The position numbers were made by a program, and so were the translations under genes. The notes below the pieces were generated by a model that did not search any database, was not told the DNA's origin, and saw nothing but the letters and a program-made list of their open reading frames with translations. From Candidatus Ideonella esbjergensis (GTDB taxonomy: Bacteria > Pseudomonadota > Gammaproteobacteria > Burkholderiales > Burkholderiaceae_C), in the NCBI GenBank assembly GCA_016710065.1, contig JADJLP010000015.1:460685-524684 (forward strand): a stretch of DNA of 64,000 nt. Reading direction: 5' to 3'. Below are positions 46,380-55,972 of this stretch, in pieces; within the stretch, counting starts at the first letter, position 1; every line of letters starts with the position of its first letter.

Positions 46380-47207
46380 TCAGCGTGCGACGCGCAGTGC
46401 CTGCAGACGGCTTTGCAGCGCGGCGGCGTTGAGCACGCCAAAGTGCGAATCCACCAACTCGCCCCGGGTGTTGTAGAACAAGGTGGTGGGCAGGCCGGGC
46501 GAGCCCACAGCCGGGCCCAGGGCGGAGGGCGCATCCAGCAACACCTGGTGCAAGGCCAGCCCCTGTTCGCGCAGATACGCCTGCACCACGGCGGCCGATT
46601 CGCCCTCGTTGACGAACACCAGGCCCACACCCGGCACGGCCTGCTGTGCAGCGGCCAGCGTGGGCATCTCCTCTCGGCAAGGGCCGCACCAACTGGCCCA
46701 CAGGTTCACCACCACCGGCCGGCCATGGGCGGCTTGCGCCAGGCTAAGCGGGGCGCCGCCGCCCAGCGGCTGCAGGTGCACATCTGGCATGGACGCTTCG
46801 CTGTGCAGGCCCAAGGCGGCCCAGCCGGTGGCCCACAGCCCCAGGCCCACAAGGCCGGCACTGGCCAACGCCAGACGCAAGCGGGGCCAGCGCAGGCCCC
46901 GCCACAGCAGCCAGGCCAGGCCGGCCGCCAAGCCGGTGGCCAGGTGCCAGCCGCCATCGCGCATGTCCAGCACGGCCCAGGGTGTGGCGGCATAGGCGCT
47001 GGCATGCAGCGCCAGATAGACCAGACGTGCCGCCAACAGCCCCACACCCACGGCATGGAGGATGGCTTGGCCCGCAGCCTGGCCGTTGTCGACAGCCTCG
47101 GGCCGGCGCGCCAGGCGAGCGGCCAGCGCCGACGCGGCCCAGGTGGAGGCGCCCAACAAGACGGGCCCGGCGGGCAGTGCCAAGGGGCCGATGGAAATGG
47201 CAAGCAT
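46380..47207 (-). CDS. TlpA-like thiol:disulfide oxidoreductase with an N-terminal multi-TM domain.
   Basis: The thioredoxin motif WASWCGPC is present. The N-terminal 150 aa are hydrophobic. Confidence 0.7.
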   Translation of the reverse strand: MLAISIGPLALPAGPVLLGASTWAASALAARLARRPEAVDNGQAAGQAILHAVGVGLLAARLVYLALHASAYAATPWAVLDMRDGGWHLATGLAAGLAWLLWRGLRWPRLRLALASAGLVGLGLWATGWAALGLHSEASMPDVHLQPLGGGAPLSLAQAAHGRPVVVNLWASWCGPCREEMPTLAAAQQAVPGVGLVFVNEGESAAVVQAYLREQGLALHQVLLDAPSALGPAVGSPGLPTTLFYNTRGELVDSHFGVLNAAALQSRLQALRVAR

Positions 47208-47402
47208 GGCGCATTGTCCGGCCCGAAACCAAACCTATGATTTGCCGCTTCAACCCGCAGCGCTCATCTGCCCATCCACGCCATGCCCAGTGCCTGTTGG
47301 CGTTGCAGCCAACCCCCACAGATGCGCGGTGGCACCAAGCCGTAGAAGCTGCGCCGCCGCTGAGGCACACTCGGGTCAGTTCAACCCCGCACCCAGGCCA
47401 CC

Positions 47403-47948
47403 ATGACACACGTTCGCCTTGTCCATGCCCACACCGCTCTGGCCCTGACCGTGGCCTGCACGCTGGCGGGCTGCGCCACCACCGATCCGGCCCAAGACTT
47501 CAACAAGGCGGGTACCCAGGTGGCCACCGTGGCCGCCACGCCGCTGACCGATCTCAACATCGTGCACGCCGAGATACCGCCAGTGCTCAGGGCGGCGGCC
47601 AAGGCCCCCTACGCCGCACCTGCGAACGGCGCTTGCAGCGCGCTGAGCACCGACGTTCAGGCCCTGGACGCTGCGCTGGGCCCCGACGTGGACGCGCCGC
47701 CCGCAGTGGCCCAAACCGGCCTGGTCGAACGCGGTGTTGAAACAGTGGGCAGCGCGGCCGTGGGCACGCTGCAAACCGCTGCCGACGGCGTGCTGCCGTT
47801 CCGCACCTGGGTGCGCAAGCTCACCGGCGCCGAGCGCTATTCCAAGCAGGTGGCCGCCGCCATCACCGCCGGCTCGATCCGGCGGGCGTATCTGAAGGGG
47901 CTGGGCAAGGCCGCGGGGTGCGAGGCACCGGCGGCGCCGAAGGGGTGA
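47403..47948 (+). CDS. Hypothetical lipoprotein.
   Basis: A lipobox LAGC follows ATG 47403. The 3' 112 nt overlap the convergent vgrG 3' end, so one of the two ends may be mis-set. Confidence 0.45.
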   Translation: MTHVRLVHAHTALALTVACTLAGCATTDPAQDFNKAGTQVATVAATPLTDLNIVHAEIPPVLRAAAKAPYAAPANGACSALSTDVQALDAALGPDVDAPPAVAQTGLVERGVETVGSAAVGTLQTAADGVLPFRTWVRKLTGAERYSKQVAAAITAGSIRRAYLKGLGKAAGCEAPAAPKG

Positions 47949-50791
47949 GGCACGTCGTCAAGTTGTACGAAGCCGGCTGCATCCAAGACGCCCTCGCGTG
48001 TCGCGCCGCCGGGCAGCGTAGCCTTGTAGCGTGCACCCGCCAAGGCTTCGCCATCGTGATACCCCATTCGGAGTTGAACCTTGTCGGGTGGCACTGTCAC
48101 CAGGCCGGTCGGCAAGTTGGGTGGTGTGCCAGCCCCACTCCCGCCCCCCAAGAACGCCGCCGCCGAAGCCTTGGCCGCCCAGGTCCCCGGCGTGGTGAAG
48201 GTGATGTCGCCGCCGTCGAGCACGATGGATGAGTCGGCCCCGATGATCTCGATCTTGCTCTGCGCGTTGATGTGGATCTCGCCGTTGACGCTGATGACGG
48301 TCACGTCCTTGTCGGCCAGGATCTGCAGCTCGTCGGTGTGTGCTCTGAGGCTCAGGGGCCCATTGGCAGCGTAGGTCTTGATGCCGCCGGCATGGGTGTA
48401 GAAGCTGGCCGTCTCGCCGGCCACCGTGGTGTGGGTGTGGGCGGCGCTCTCGTGGTGGTCGCCCTGGCTGGTGAAGCTCACGTCCTGCCCCGCAAAGCTC
48501 GCGATGCTGGCATCACTGGCCCAGGCCAGGGTGCTGGGGGTGTCCATCACGATCACCGGCTTGGCAAAGGCCTCCACCGGGTCGCTGAGGGTGCGGCTGC
48601 CCGACGCCGCCTTCTTGGCCTCCTGCCCGCTCACGCTGCCGCCGTGCTTGCCATCCTTGGCCGGATCCACCGCGTGGATGAACTTCTCGACGGACTGGCC
48701 CGCGTCGGCGCTGTGCAGCGCATGGGCGGTGCCGGCCTTGGCGGCGTCGCTCAAACGGCTGGCCAGGTCCCGGGCGCTCTTGAGCTGGGCCACGCTCTCG
48801 GCGGCGTCCATCTGGGTCGATTCGGCACTGCCGTAGCTGCCCGCGCGGGCCGTGGCGCTGATCAGCACACCCTTGGCCGCACGCACCGTGGCCCAGGCCT
48901 GGGTGTTGGCCTCGAAGCCCGCGCCACGCCAGGAGCCCCGGTTCGCGGTGCTGGCACCTTGCTGGATCAAATGCCCCAGGCCCAGCTCGGCGGCGGTGGC
49001 GCTGCTGAGCAAGCGCATGCGCAACTGGCCGGTGGCGTCGTCCATCACCCACTGGTTGTAGCCCGACTGGTCCAGGCTGGGCGTGTGCAGGCCGCTGATG
49101 ACGCCGGGGTGGTTCACGCCAGCATCCACACCCGCCGCAAAGGGCGGTGCGTCGGCACCGTTGTAGAGCGCGCCCACGACGATGGGGCGGTCCACATCAC
49201 CTTCGATGAAATCCACCAGCACTTCAGCACCGATGCGCGGTGTGAACATTGCACCCCAGTTCGGCCCGGCGGTAGGGCCGGCCACGCGCACCCAGGTGCC
49301 GCTGCGCTCGTCGCCGGGGGCGTTGCCTTCAGGGTCGGGTGAGCCCTCGTGCGAGAGCCCGCCTGCCAGTGGCGAGGCGCCACGCTGCCAGGGGAACTGG
49401 ATCTTGACGCGGTGGTCGCGGTCGGTGGTGAGCGGCTCGCCGACCAGGCCCACGACGATGGCCGTTTGAGCACCCGGTGCCGTGGGCTTGCGCACAAAGC
49501 GCGGCACCACCGGGGCGGCGGCCGGGCTGGCGTGAAAGTGGTTCTTGTAGGTGCCGCGCTCCAGGTCGGCCTGCTCTTGGGGCGATTGGCCCAGCAGCTG
49601 GGCCGCTTGCGAGCCCAGGTTGTTGGTGGCGTGGTGCTCCACGGCCAGCAAGGTGAACTGGTTGTCGGCACGCTGGTGCGAGGCGAGCAACGCGCCCAGG
49701 TCGTCAAACGCCGTGGTGTTGGCGCCGTACAGCGGGTGGTCGATGAGGCTGAAGCTGCGGCCGGCTTCGAAGTGCCGGGTACTGCCCTGGCCTTCGAAGC
49801 GCTTCACGTCCAATTCGAGCGCGGCCAGGGCCAACTCGGCGGCGCGCTCGGCGTGGGCCGGGTCTTGATACCGGTAGGCACCGGCGCCGTCATAGACCTC
49901 CAGTGTGGGGATGTCGCCCAGGCTCAGCGCGCTGCTCACCTCGGACGAAGTGCCGGCGAGCTGCCGGTAGTTCCAGCTGCCCAGGGCGACGGCATTGGCC
50001 TGCAGGCTACGGCGGGTGGCAAAGGCGGTCACGGCGTCGCGCTGGCCGGCGACAACGGCCACCGCGTGCTGAGCGGTGAAGCGGGCATTGCCCAGGTCGG
50101 ATCGCTGGGCGTTGCGGTCGGTGATGACCAGCGTGTGCAGCGCGCCCGAGGCCGAGGCCACATCGCCTTCGGCGTCGTGCTCGAAGTGATAACTCAGGCC
50201 TTCCTCGGCCAGAAGGCGGGCGACGAACTCGAGATCAGATTCGCGGAATTGGCTGCACAGGCTGCGCACGCGCAGCTCATCCGTCACCTCGATGCGGTAC
50301 TTGGCCTGCGGGTAATCGGCAAAAACATCTTCGATGATCTGCAGCGCGGTCTTGTCCTGAAAGACAAAGGCGTCGCGCCGGTAGGCCAGGAACGAGAGCC
50401 AGGGCCGCATCACAAGCCGGTAGCGGGCCAGGCCGCCATCGCTGCCAAGCTGGGCGGCTTCGAAGACATAGCCATGCCACGGCTTGTGGCTGCCGTCGGG
50501 TTGCAGCAGGCCTAGCGAGATCTGCTCGCCGATGAGCAACTTCAGCTCAAAGGCGGTGCTGGTGGAAACGCAATCCAGCACCAGCTCGAAGGGCTGGCCC
50601 ACCGCCTCGCGCATCACCATGCGCTCGGGCACCAAGGCCAGCGTGGGCGGGGCGGTGTGCACCTGCAGAAGGCGGCCGCGCTGGTCCAGCAGCGACAGAA
50701 AATCCAGACGTGACAGCAGCGCGGCCTTGGCCGCTTCGCCGAGGTGCTGCGCCCCCGCCGTCAAGGCTTGCGCCAGCGATGGCATGCTCAT
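47837..50791 (-). CDS. vgrG: Type VI secretion spike protein VgrG, 984 aa, with a C-terminal extension.
   Basis: The N-terminus is VgrG-like (gp27/gp5-like): ...FELKLLIGEQISLGLLQPDGSHKPWHGYV...RYRLVMRPWLSFL... Beta-helix repeats follow and the C-terminus is DUF2345-like. Confidence 0.8.
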   Translation of the reverse strand: MSMPSLAQALTAGAQHLGEAAKAALLSRLDFLSLLDQRGRLLQVHTAPPTLALVPERMVMREAVGQPFELVLDCVSTSTAFELKLLIGEQISLGLLQPDGSHKPWHGYVFEAAQLGSDGGLARYRLVMRPWLSFLAYRRDAFVFQDKTALQIIEDVFADYPQAKYRIEVTDELRVRSLCSQFRESDLEFVARLLAEEGLSYHFEHDAEGDVASASGALHTLVITDRNAQRSDLGNARFTAQHAVAVVAGQRDAVTAFATRRSLQANAVALGSWNYRQLAGTSSEVSSALSLGDIPTLEVYDGAGAYRYQDPAHAERAAELALAALELDVKRFEGQGSTRHFEAGRSFSLIDHPLYGANTTAFDDLGALLASHQRADNQFTLLAVEHHATNNLGSQAAQLLGQSPQEQADLERGTYKNHFHASPAAAPVVPRFVRKPTAPGAQTAIVVGLVGEPLTTDRDHRVKIQFPWQRGASPLAGGLSHEGSPDPEGNAPGDERSGTWVRVAGPTAGPNWGAMFTPRIGAEVLVDFIEGDVDRPIVVGALYNGADAPPFAAGVDAGVNHPGVISGLHTPSLDQSGYNQWVMDDATGQLRMRLLSSATAAELGLGHLIQQGASTANRGSWRGAGFEANTQAWATVRAAKGVLISATARAGSYGSAESTQMDAAESVAQLKSARDLASRLSDAAKAGTAHALHSADAGQSVEKFIHAVDPAKDGKHGGSVSGQEAKKAASGSRTLSDPVEAFAKPVIVMDTPSTLAWASDASIASFAGQDVSFTSQGDHHESAAHTHTTVAGETASFYTHAGGIKTYAANGPLSLRAHTDELQILADKDVTVISVNGEIHINAQSKIEIIGADSSIVLDGGDITFTTPGTWAAKASAAAFLGGGSGAGTPPNLPTGLVTVPPDKVQLRMGYHDGEALAGARYKATLPGGATREGVLDAAGFVQLDDVPHPFGAAGASHPAALPSPFRYARRIEPAVMAAATCLE

Positions 50792-50981
50792 CTTCTACTC
50801 TCCCTAACCTGTGATCTTTGCGGAGATTATCAGGGGTGGCCGAGGCCAGGGGTGACAAGCTGCACCCCGGGGCTGAAAGGCGTCACACAAGCGGGGCGAA
50901 TGTGGTCGCCGGCCAACCGCTGCTCGGCGTAAGCTGCCCTCTTTCTCGCGCAAGTCCAACCCCACATTGCAGGAGCAGACC

Positions 50982-51674
50982 ATGGGCAGCACCATCAGCT
51001 TCCAACGCCCCGACGGGCAAACCGTGCAAGGCTATCTGGCCGAACCACTCAACCCCGTGGGCGCGCCCGCCGTGGTGGTGATCCAGGAATGGTGGGGGCT
51101 GAACGACCAGATCCGTGGCGTGGCCGAGCGCTTCGCCAACGCCGGTTTCGTCGCCCTGGTGCCCGATTTGTACCGTGGCCAGTCCACCGTAGAGGCCGAA
51201 GAGGCGCACCACCTGATGGACGGGCTGAACTTTGGTGACGCGGCCACGCAGGACGTGCGCGGTGCGGTGCAGTACCTCAAGGGCCGGGCCGCGAAGGTGG
51301 GCATCACCGGCTATTGCATGGGTGGCGCGCTGACGCTGCTGGCCGTGGGCGCCACGCCCGAGGCTGACGCGGCGGTGGTCTGGTATGGCTGCCCGCCGCT
51401 GGAGTACATCAACGCCAGCCAGATCAAGGTGCCGGTGCAGGGCCACTTCGCCACGCAAGACCAGTTCTTCGCCATCGCCACCATTGACGCGCTTGAAGCC
51501 AAGCTGAATGCGGCCGGCGTGAAGACCGACTTCCACCGCTACCTGGCGCACCACGCCTTTGCGAATGAAACGGCGGTGGGGCCAGGCCGCATTCCCGCCA
51601 CGCAGTACGACCCGGTGTGGGCCGCACAGGCCTGGGACCGCTGCTTCGCGTTCTTCGGCCGTTGGCTGGCCTGA
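50982..51674 (+). CDS. Dienelactone hydrolase family protein.
   Basis: ATG at 50982 with an AGGAG RBS. The nucleophile elbow GYCMGG is present (ITGYCMGGAL). The protein is DLH-like in length. Confidence 0.75.
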   Translation: MGSTISFQRPDGQTVQGYLAEPLNPVGAPAVVVIQEWWGLNDQIRGVAERFANAGFVALVPDLYRGQSTVEAEEAHHLMDGLNFGDAATQDVRGAVQYLKGRAAKVGITGYCMGGALTLLAVGATPEADAAVVWYGCPPLEYINASQIKVPVQGHFATQDQFFAIATIDALEAKLNAAGVKTDFHRYLAHHAFANETAVGPGRIPATQYDPVWAAQAWDRCFAFFGRWLA

Positions 51675-51722
51675 GTTTGGGACCCGGCTGCGGTACGCCG
51701 CAGCAACCCTCCGAGAAGGTGC

Positions 51723-51929
51723 TCAGGGCCGTCCGCCGCCCAGCAAGCGCGCCGGCAGAAACAGCACGGCGCGCAGCAGGGCAAACACGGCGTCCACCGC
51801 AATGCCCATCAGCCGCAATGGCAGCGTCAGCAGCCAAACCAGCGGCCACAGCACCAAGGCCAGCAGCGCCAGCGGCCAGCAAAGCACCAGCAGCACGCAC
51901 CAAGCCAGAAAGCTGAACAGGCTGCCCAT
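51723..51929 (-). CDS. Small hydrophobic membrane protein, about 69 aa.
   Basis: This is the C-terminal part of track ORF 51723..52187, from ATG 51929. It is almost entirely hydrophobic (MGSLFSFLAWCVLLVLCWPLALLALVLWPLVWLL...). Confidence 0.35.
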   Translation of the reverse strand: MGSLFSFLAWCVLLVLCWPLALLALVLWPLVWLLTLPLRLMGIAVDAVFALLRAVLFLPARLLGGGRP

Positions 51930-51934
51930 GGTGC

Positions 51935-52288
51935 TCAACCCGCGTGCAGGCTGCCGCCGTCGTGTCCCAGCCGCGTCGGGGTGGGCCCCAGCGGCAGGAG
52001 GAACCACAGCAGCGCGTACAGCAGCACGCCCGTGCCCGCGCACAGCACCAGCAGGATGAAGCCCATGCGCAAAACCCATGCGGCCACGCCCAGGTGCTGC
52101 GCCAGGCCGCCGCACACGCCGCCCAGCCAGCGGTCGCTGGCGCTGCGCTGCAGGCCGTTCAGCGCGGCCAGGCCCTGGCCGCCGCATTGCGCCAGGGTGT
52201 TGGCCTTGGCGCGGGAAAACTCCTCGTCGGTCAGCACGCCACGGCGGTGCAGTTCGTCGAGTTGTTCCAGTTGCTCGCTGAGGGTCAT
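51935..52288 (-). CDS. SHOCT and PspC domain membrane protein.
   Basis: An N-terminal SHOCT-like motif (LEQLDELHRRGVLTDEEFSRAKA) is followed by a PspC-like motif (RWLGGVCGGLAQHLGV) and a TM helix. Confidence 0.55.
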   Translation of the reverse strand: MTLSEQLEQLDELHRRGVLTDEEFSRAKANTLAQCGGQGLAALNGLQRSASDRWLGGVCGGLAQHLGVAAWVLRMGFILLVLCAGTGVLLYALLWFLLPLGPTPTRLGHDGGSLHAG

Positions 52289-52548
52289 GGTGGGCTCCCG
52301 TGTGGGGGTGTAGACGATGGCATCACTCTAGTCCGTTGCCCTGGGCATGCCCATCCCCTTGCGATCAAGCGTCCGTCCGGTGCGATGAAGTGCACCCCGC
52401 CAGGATGGAAGGCCGTCGCGCCAGGCCGTGCACAAGCGTGCATATTGATTGGGGTGGCACTGGTGCCTACGTGACTGCTTCCGACTGAGCGGCCAAAGCC
52501 TGATCCAGGGCACGCCGCCACGGTGCGCGACGGCGTCAAAATCAGGCC

Positions 52549-53076
52549 ATGGCCCGCATCCTCATCGCTTACTCCACCATCGACGGCCACACCCGCCACA
52601 TCTGCGAGCGGCTGCAGTCGCAGCTGGTGCCGCAAGGCCATGCCGTTACCCTGCTGCCTATCGAGCAGGTGGGTGCGGCGCAGCTGCAGGCCACCGACAA
52701 GTTCGTGCTGGGCGCCAGCATCCGCTACGGCAAGCACCGGCCCAATGTGCTGGCCTTTGCCCATGCGCATGCGGCCGCGCTGGCCGGCTTGCCCAGTGCT
52801 TTCTTCACCGTCAACGTGGTGGCGCGCAAGCCGAACCGCAACACACCCGACACCAACCCCTATTTGCGCAAGTTCCTGCGTCAGGTGCCCTGGCGCCCCA
52901 CCGTGCTGGACGTGTTCGCCGGCCGCATCGACTACCAGCACATGGGCCCGGGCGACAGGCTGATGATCCGCTTCATCATGTGGCTCACCCACGGCCCCAC
53001 CGACCCGACCGCCGTGGTGGAGTTCACCGATTGGGGCAGGGTGCAGGCCTTTGCACAGCGCGTGAGCGCGATGTGA
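52549..53076 (+). CDS. hemG: Menaquinone-dependent protoporphyrinogen oxidase (flavodoxin-like).
   Basis: The N-terminus is flavodoxin-like (MARILIAYSTIDGHTR). The protein has HemG-typical length and a long-loop insert. Confidence 0.7.
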   Translation: MARILIAYSTIDGHTRHICERLQSQLVPQGHAVTLLPIEQVGAAQLQATDKFVLGASIRYGKHRPNVLAFAHAHAAALAGLPSAFFTVNVVARKPNRNTPDTNPYLRKFLRQVPWRPTVLDVFAGRIDYQHMGPGDRLMIRFIMWLTHGPTDPTAVVEFTDWGRVQAFAQRVSAM

Positions 53077-53109
53077 GGGGGCCCAGGTGCAGGCCAGGCC
53101 GGCCGTGCC

Positions 53110-54009
53110 TCAAGCGCTGCCGGGCAGGCGCTCTTGCAACCAGTCTCGCAGCGCCCGCGCGGCGGCGGTGAGCTGGCGCCGCTCGGGCACCACCAGGAAC
53201 AAGGGTGATGGCTCGCCGCCCCATTCGGGGTGCAACTGCTGCAGATCACCGGTGCCCAGCTCAACGGCCACGTCCAGCCGCGACTTGTAGGCCAGGCCCG
53301 CACCGGCCAGGGCCCAGCGCTTGACCACCTCGCCGTCGTTGGCGCAGCGCCGGCCCCTGACGGGAACATCCTGCCACTCACCGTCGATGAAGAAGCGCCA
53401 GGTCTTGGGCACCTCATCGCGCAGCATGAAGCGCACCGCCTCGTGCTCAATCAGCTCGGCCGGGGTAGCCGGTGCGCCATGGCGCGCCAGATAGGCCGGC
53501 GATGCCACCAGCACGCGGGTGTTGTCGGGTACCAGCGGCAGGGCCACTTGGGATGAGTTGGCGCGCGGCGTGCCATAGCGTATGGCCGCGTCCACCGGGA
53601 TGCGGATCAGGTCGATGTTGCGGTCAGACAGGTGCGCGCGCAGGGCCAACTGCGGGTGGCGTTGCTGGAACGACTCCAGCAAGGGCAGCAGCAGGTTGCG
53701 CCCGAGGTCAGACGGCATGGCCACCTGCAACTCACCTTGCAGGCTGGCCATCGGCGCGGTAGCGGTGTTGCGGGCCTCGTCCAGCACCTGCATGGCCTGG
53801 CGCACCAGGGGCAGCAACCGTTCGCCTTCTGACGACAAGCGCAGGCTGCGCGTGCTGCGCACAAACACCGCCACGCCCCAATCGGCTTCCAGCCGCTTCA
53901 CGGCGGCGCTCGCTGCGGCGGGTGACCAGTCCAGGGCCCTGGCGGCGGCGGTGAGGCTGCCCAGGTCGGCGGTGCGAAGCAGCAGTTCCAGGTCGGCAAG
54001 TCGGGTCAT
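53110..54009 (-). CDS. LysR-family transcriptional regulator.
   Basis: ATG at 54009. The HTH is at the N-terminus (LELLLRTADLGSLTAAARALDWSPAAASAAVKRLE), and a LysR substrate-binding domain follows. Confidence 0.8.
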   Translation of the reverse strand: MTRLADLELLLRTADLGSLTAAARALDWSPAAASAAVKRLEADWGVAVFVRSTRSLRLSSEGERLLPLVRQAMQVLDEARNTATAPMASLQGELQVAMPSDLGRNLLLPLLESFQQRHPQLALRAHLSDRNIDLIRIPVDAAIRYGTPRANSSQVALPLVPDNTRVLVASPAYLARHGAPATPAELIEHEAVRFMLRDEVPKTWRFFIDGEWQDVPVRGRRCANDGEVVKRWALAGAGLAYKSRLDVAVELGTGDLQQLHPEWGGEPSPLFLVVPERRQLTAAARALRDWLQERLPGSA

Positions 54010-54119
54010 CGTTCCATTTTCTTTGAAAGTGAAACGCGTCACACGGCCTTGGTGCAATCGACTTGAAAACCGAGACTTGCGCCCGTTGAAATCGGTTTCA
54101 TCTCTTGCCTTTGTTGCCA

Positions 54120-54908
54120 ATGAAGCACCTTCACCTGAACCGGGTGCACACCGCCAGCCTCCACCTGCCCCCCAGGCGAGCCCCAGTGGGCGCTTCCGCG
54201 CTGGGCACCGACGCCTTTCACGCGGCGGTGCTGCAGAGCATCCCGCTTTTTGCCTGCCTGAGCCCGGCGCAGCGGCGCCAGCTGTCTGGTGCCATCCGCG
54301 TCAAGGCGTACCAGGCCAACGAGCAGATCGTGACCCAGGGGGCCAGCAGCGGCGCGCTGTTTGTGCTGCAAACCGGCCATGCGGTGCTGTACCGCACCGA
54401 CCCGCAGGGCCGCGAGTTCATCCTGGGCGACCTGTACCAGGGCGACCACTTTGGCGAGATGAGCCTGGTGGACGGCTTGCCGCACTCGGCCAGTGTGCGC
54501 GCCACGCAGCGCTGCATGGTGCTGATCCTGGGCGAATCAGATTTCGCGCGCTGCGTGGCGAGCGACCAGGGCTTTTGCATGGAGGTGCTGCTGGGCCTCA
54601 CCAAGCGCCTGCGCCACGCCACCGCCACCGTGGGCACGCTGGCCTTGCTGGATGTGCGGGGCCGCATCGCACAGAAGCTGGTGGAGCTGTCTGGACTGGT
54701 GGACGGGCGCCGCATGATCCGCAGCCGCCTCTCGCGCACCGAACTGGCCAAGCGCGTGGGGGCCTCGCGCGAGATGGTGAGCCGCATCCTGGTGGAGATG
54801 CAGTCGCATGGCCTGTACGAAACCGACGCCGACGGCCACCTGGTCTTGAACGTGGTGCTGGGCGATGCCCGGGCCAACGCGACCAGGGCCCACTGCCAGG
54901 CAGGCTGA
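54120..54908 (+). CDS. Crp/Fnr-family transcriptional regulator.
   Basis: The cNMP-binding domain (GDHFGEMSLVDG) and the C-terminal HTH (RTELAKRVGASREMVSRIL) are present. It is divergent from the LysR gene. Confidence 0.75.
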   Translation: MKHLHLNRVHTASLHLPPRRAPVGASALGTDAFHAAVLQSIPLFACLSPAQRRQLSGAIRVKAYQANEQIVTQGASSGALFVLQTGHAVLYRTDPQGREFILGDLYQGDHFGEMSLVDGLPHSASVRATQRCMVLILGESDFARCVASDQGFCMEVLLGLTKRLRHATATVGTLALLDVRGRIAQKLVELSGLVDGRRMIRSRLSRTELAKRVGASREMVSRILVEMQSHGLYETDADGHLVLNVVLGDARANATRAHCQAG

Positions 54909-54918
54909 GCGGCCCTAA

Positions 54919-55917
54919 CTAACGCCGCTCGAAGAAATCCCACATCACGTCATTGGCCGAGAGTGCCTGCGAGGCACCCTCCTTGCCCCGGCGCACCGCC
55001 TCGGCCCCCGGCCACGAGTGGCCACCGGTTTCGGTGACGCACAACTGCACCGTGGCCCCGCCTTGGCAGCTGCCATAGCGCTCGCAGCTGGCCCCAGGCC
55101 GCTCCAGCACGCGCGCGGGCAGCGCGGCGCAGGCGTTGCGCTTGACCCAGCGCGCCAGGGTCTCGGGTACCGAGGTGAACTGGGTGATCTGGGTCTCGTC
55201 GCGAAACGCACCTGCGCCCGCACCACCGTTGAACAGCACATGGTCATCATCGCGCGCGTGGATGTGCAGCACCGGGATGGCGCGCGAGGGTGTGCAGGCC
55301 AGTGTGTTGTCGGTGCCAGCCACGGCCGCAATGCCGGCGAACACATCGGCCGCCTCGCAGGCCAGCCGGTGCGCCAGCATGCCGCCGTTCGACATGCCCG
55401 TGGCGTACACGCGCTGCGCATCCACGCTGTAGCGGCGCTGCACGTCGGCCACCACGGCGCGCACAAAGGCCACGTCGTCCACACCCTTGTCGCGGGCTGA
55501 GCCGCAGCAGGCCCCGGCATTCCAGGTGGCCAGCCGGCCGCCCGGCCAGGCGCTGTAGCCATTGGGGAACACTGCCAGGAAGCCGGCCGACTCCGATTTG
55601 CTGATCAGCCCGTAGCGTCCATCGTCGGCCTGCAGCCGCATGTTGCCGCCGCCGCCATGCAAGGCCACCAGCACCGGTGCTGGCTTGGCCGGGTTGTAAG
55701 CCTGCGGCACATGCACCAGGTACTGGCGCTTCAGGCCGCCCAGCTCCAGGATGTGCACGGCATCCCCCGGCTTCACATCCTTGGCCTGGGTTTGCTGGCG
55801 CGCCTGCAGCCGGTCGCGGATGCGCTGGCCCAGCGAGCCCTCTTGGGCCGAGGCTGAACCACCGGTCAGGCCCAGGGCCAGCACCAAGGGCAGGAGTGAG
55901 AGCGCGGCACGTTGCAT
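54919..55917 (-). CDS. Secreted esterase of the PHB-depolymerase (LpqC-like) family.
   Basis: Signal peptide at the N-terminus. An oxyanion-hole-like HGGGG motif and the nucleophile GMSNGG are present. Confidence 0.65.
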   Translation of the reverse strand: MQRAALSLLPLVLALGLTGGSASAQEGSLGQRIRDRLQARQQTQAKDVKPGDAVHILELGGLKRQYLVHVPQAYNPAKPAPVLVALHGGGGNMRLQADDGRYGLISKSESAGFLAVFPNGYSAWPGGRLATWNAGACCGSARDKGVDDVAFVRAVVADVQRRYSVDAQRVYATGMSNGGMLAHRLACEAADVFAGIAAVAGTDNTLACTPSRAIPVLHIHARDDDHVLFNGGAGAGAFRDETQITQFTSVPETLARWVKRNACAALPARVLERPGASCERYGSCQGGATVQLCVTETGGHSWPGAEAVRRGKEGASQALSANDVMWDFFERR

Positions 55918-55972
55918 GGGGCCCATGCTACTCAACCGCTGCCCGCTGCGGCCGTGCATTTCGTCGCCGTCT

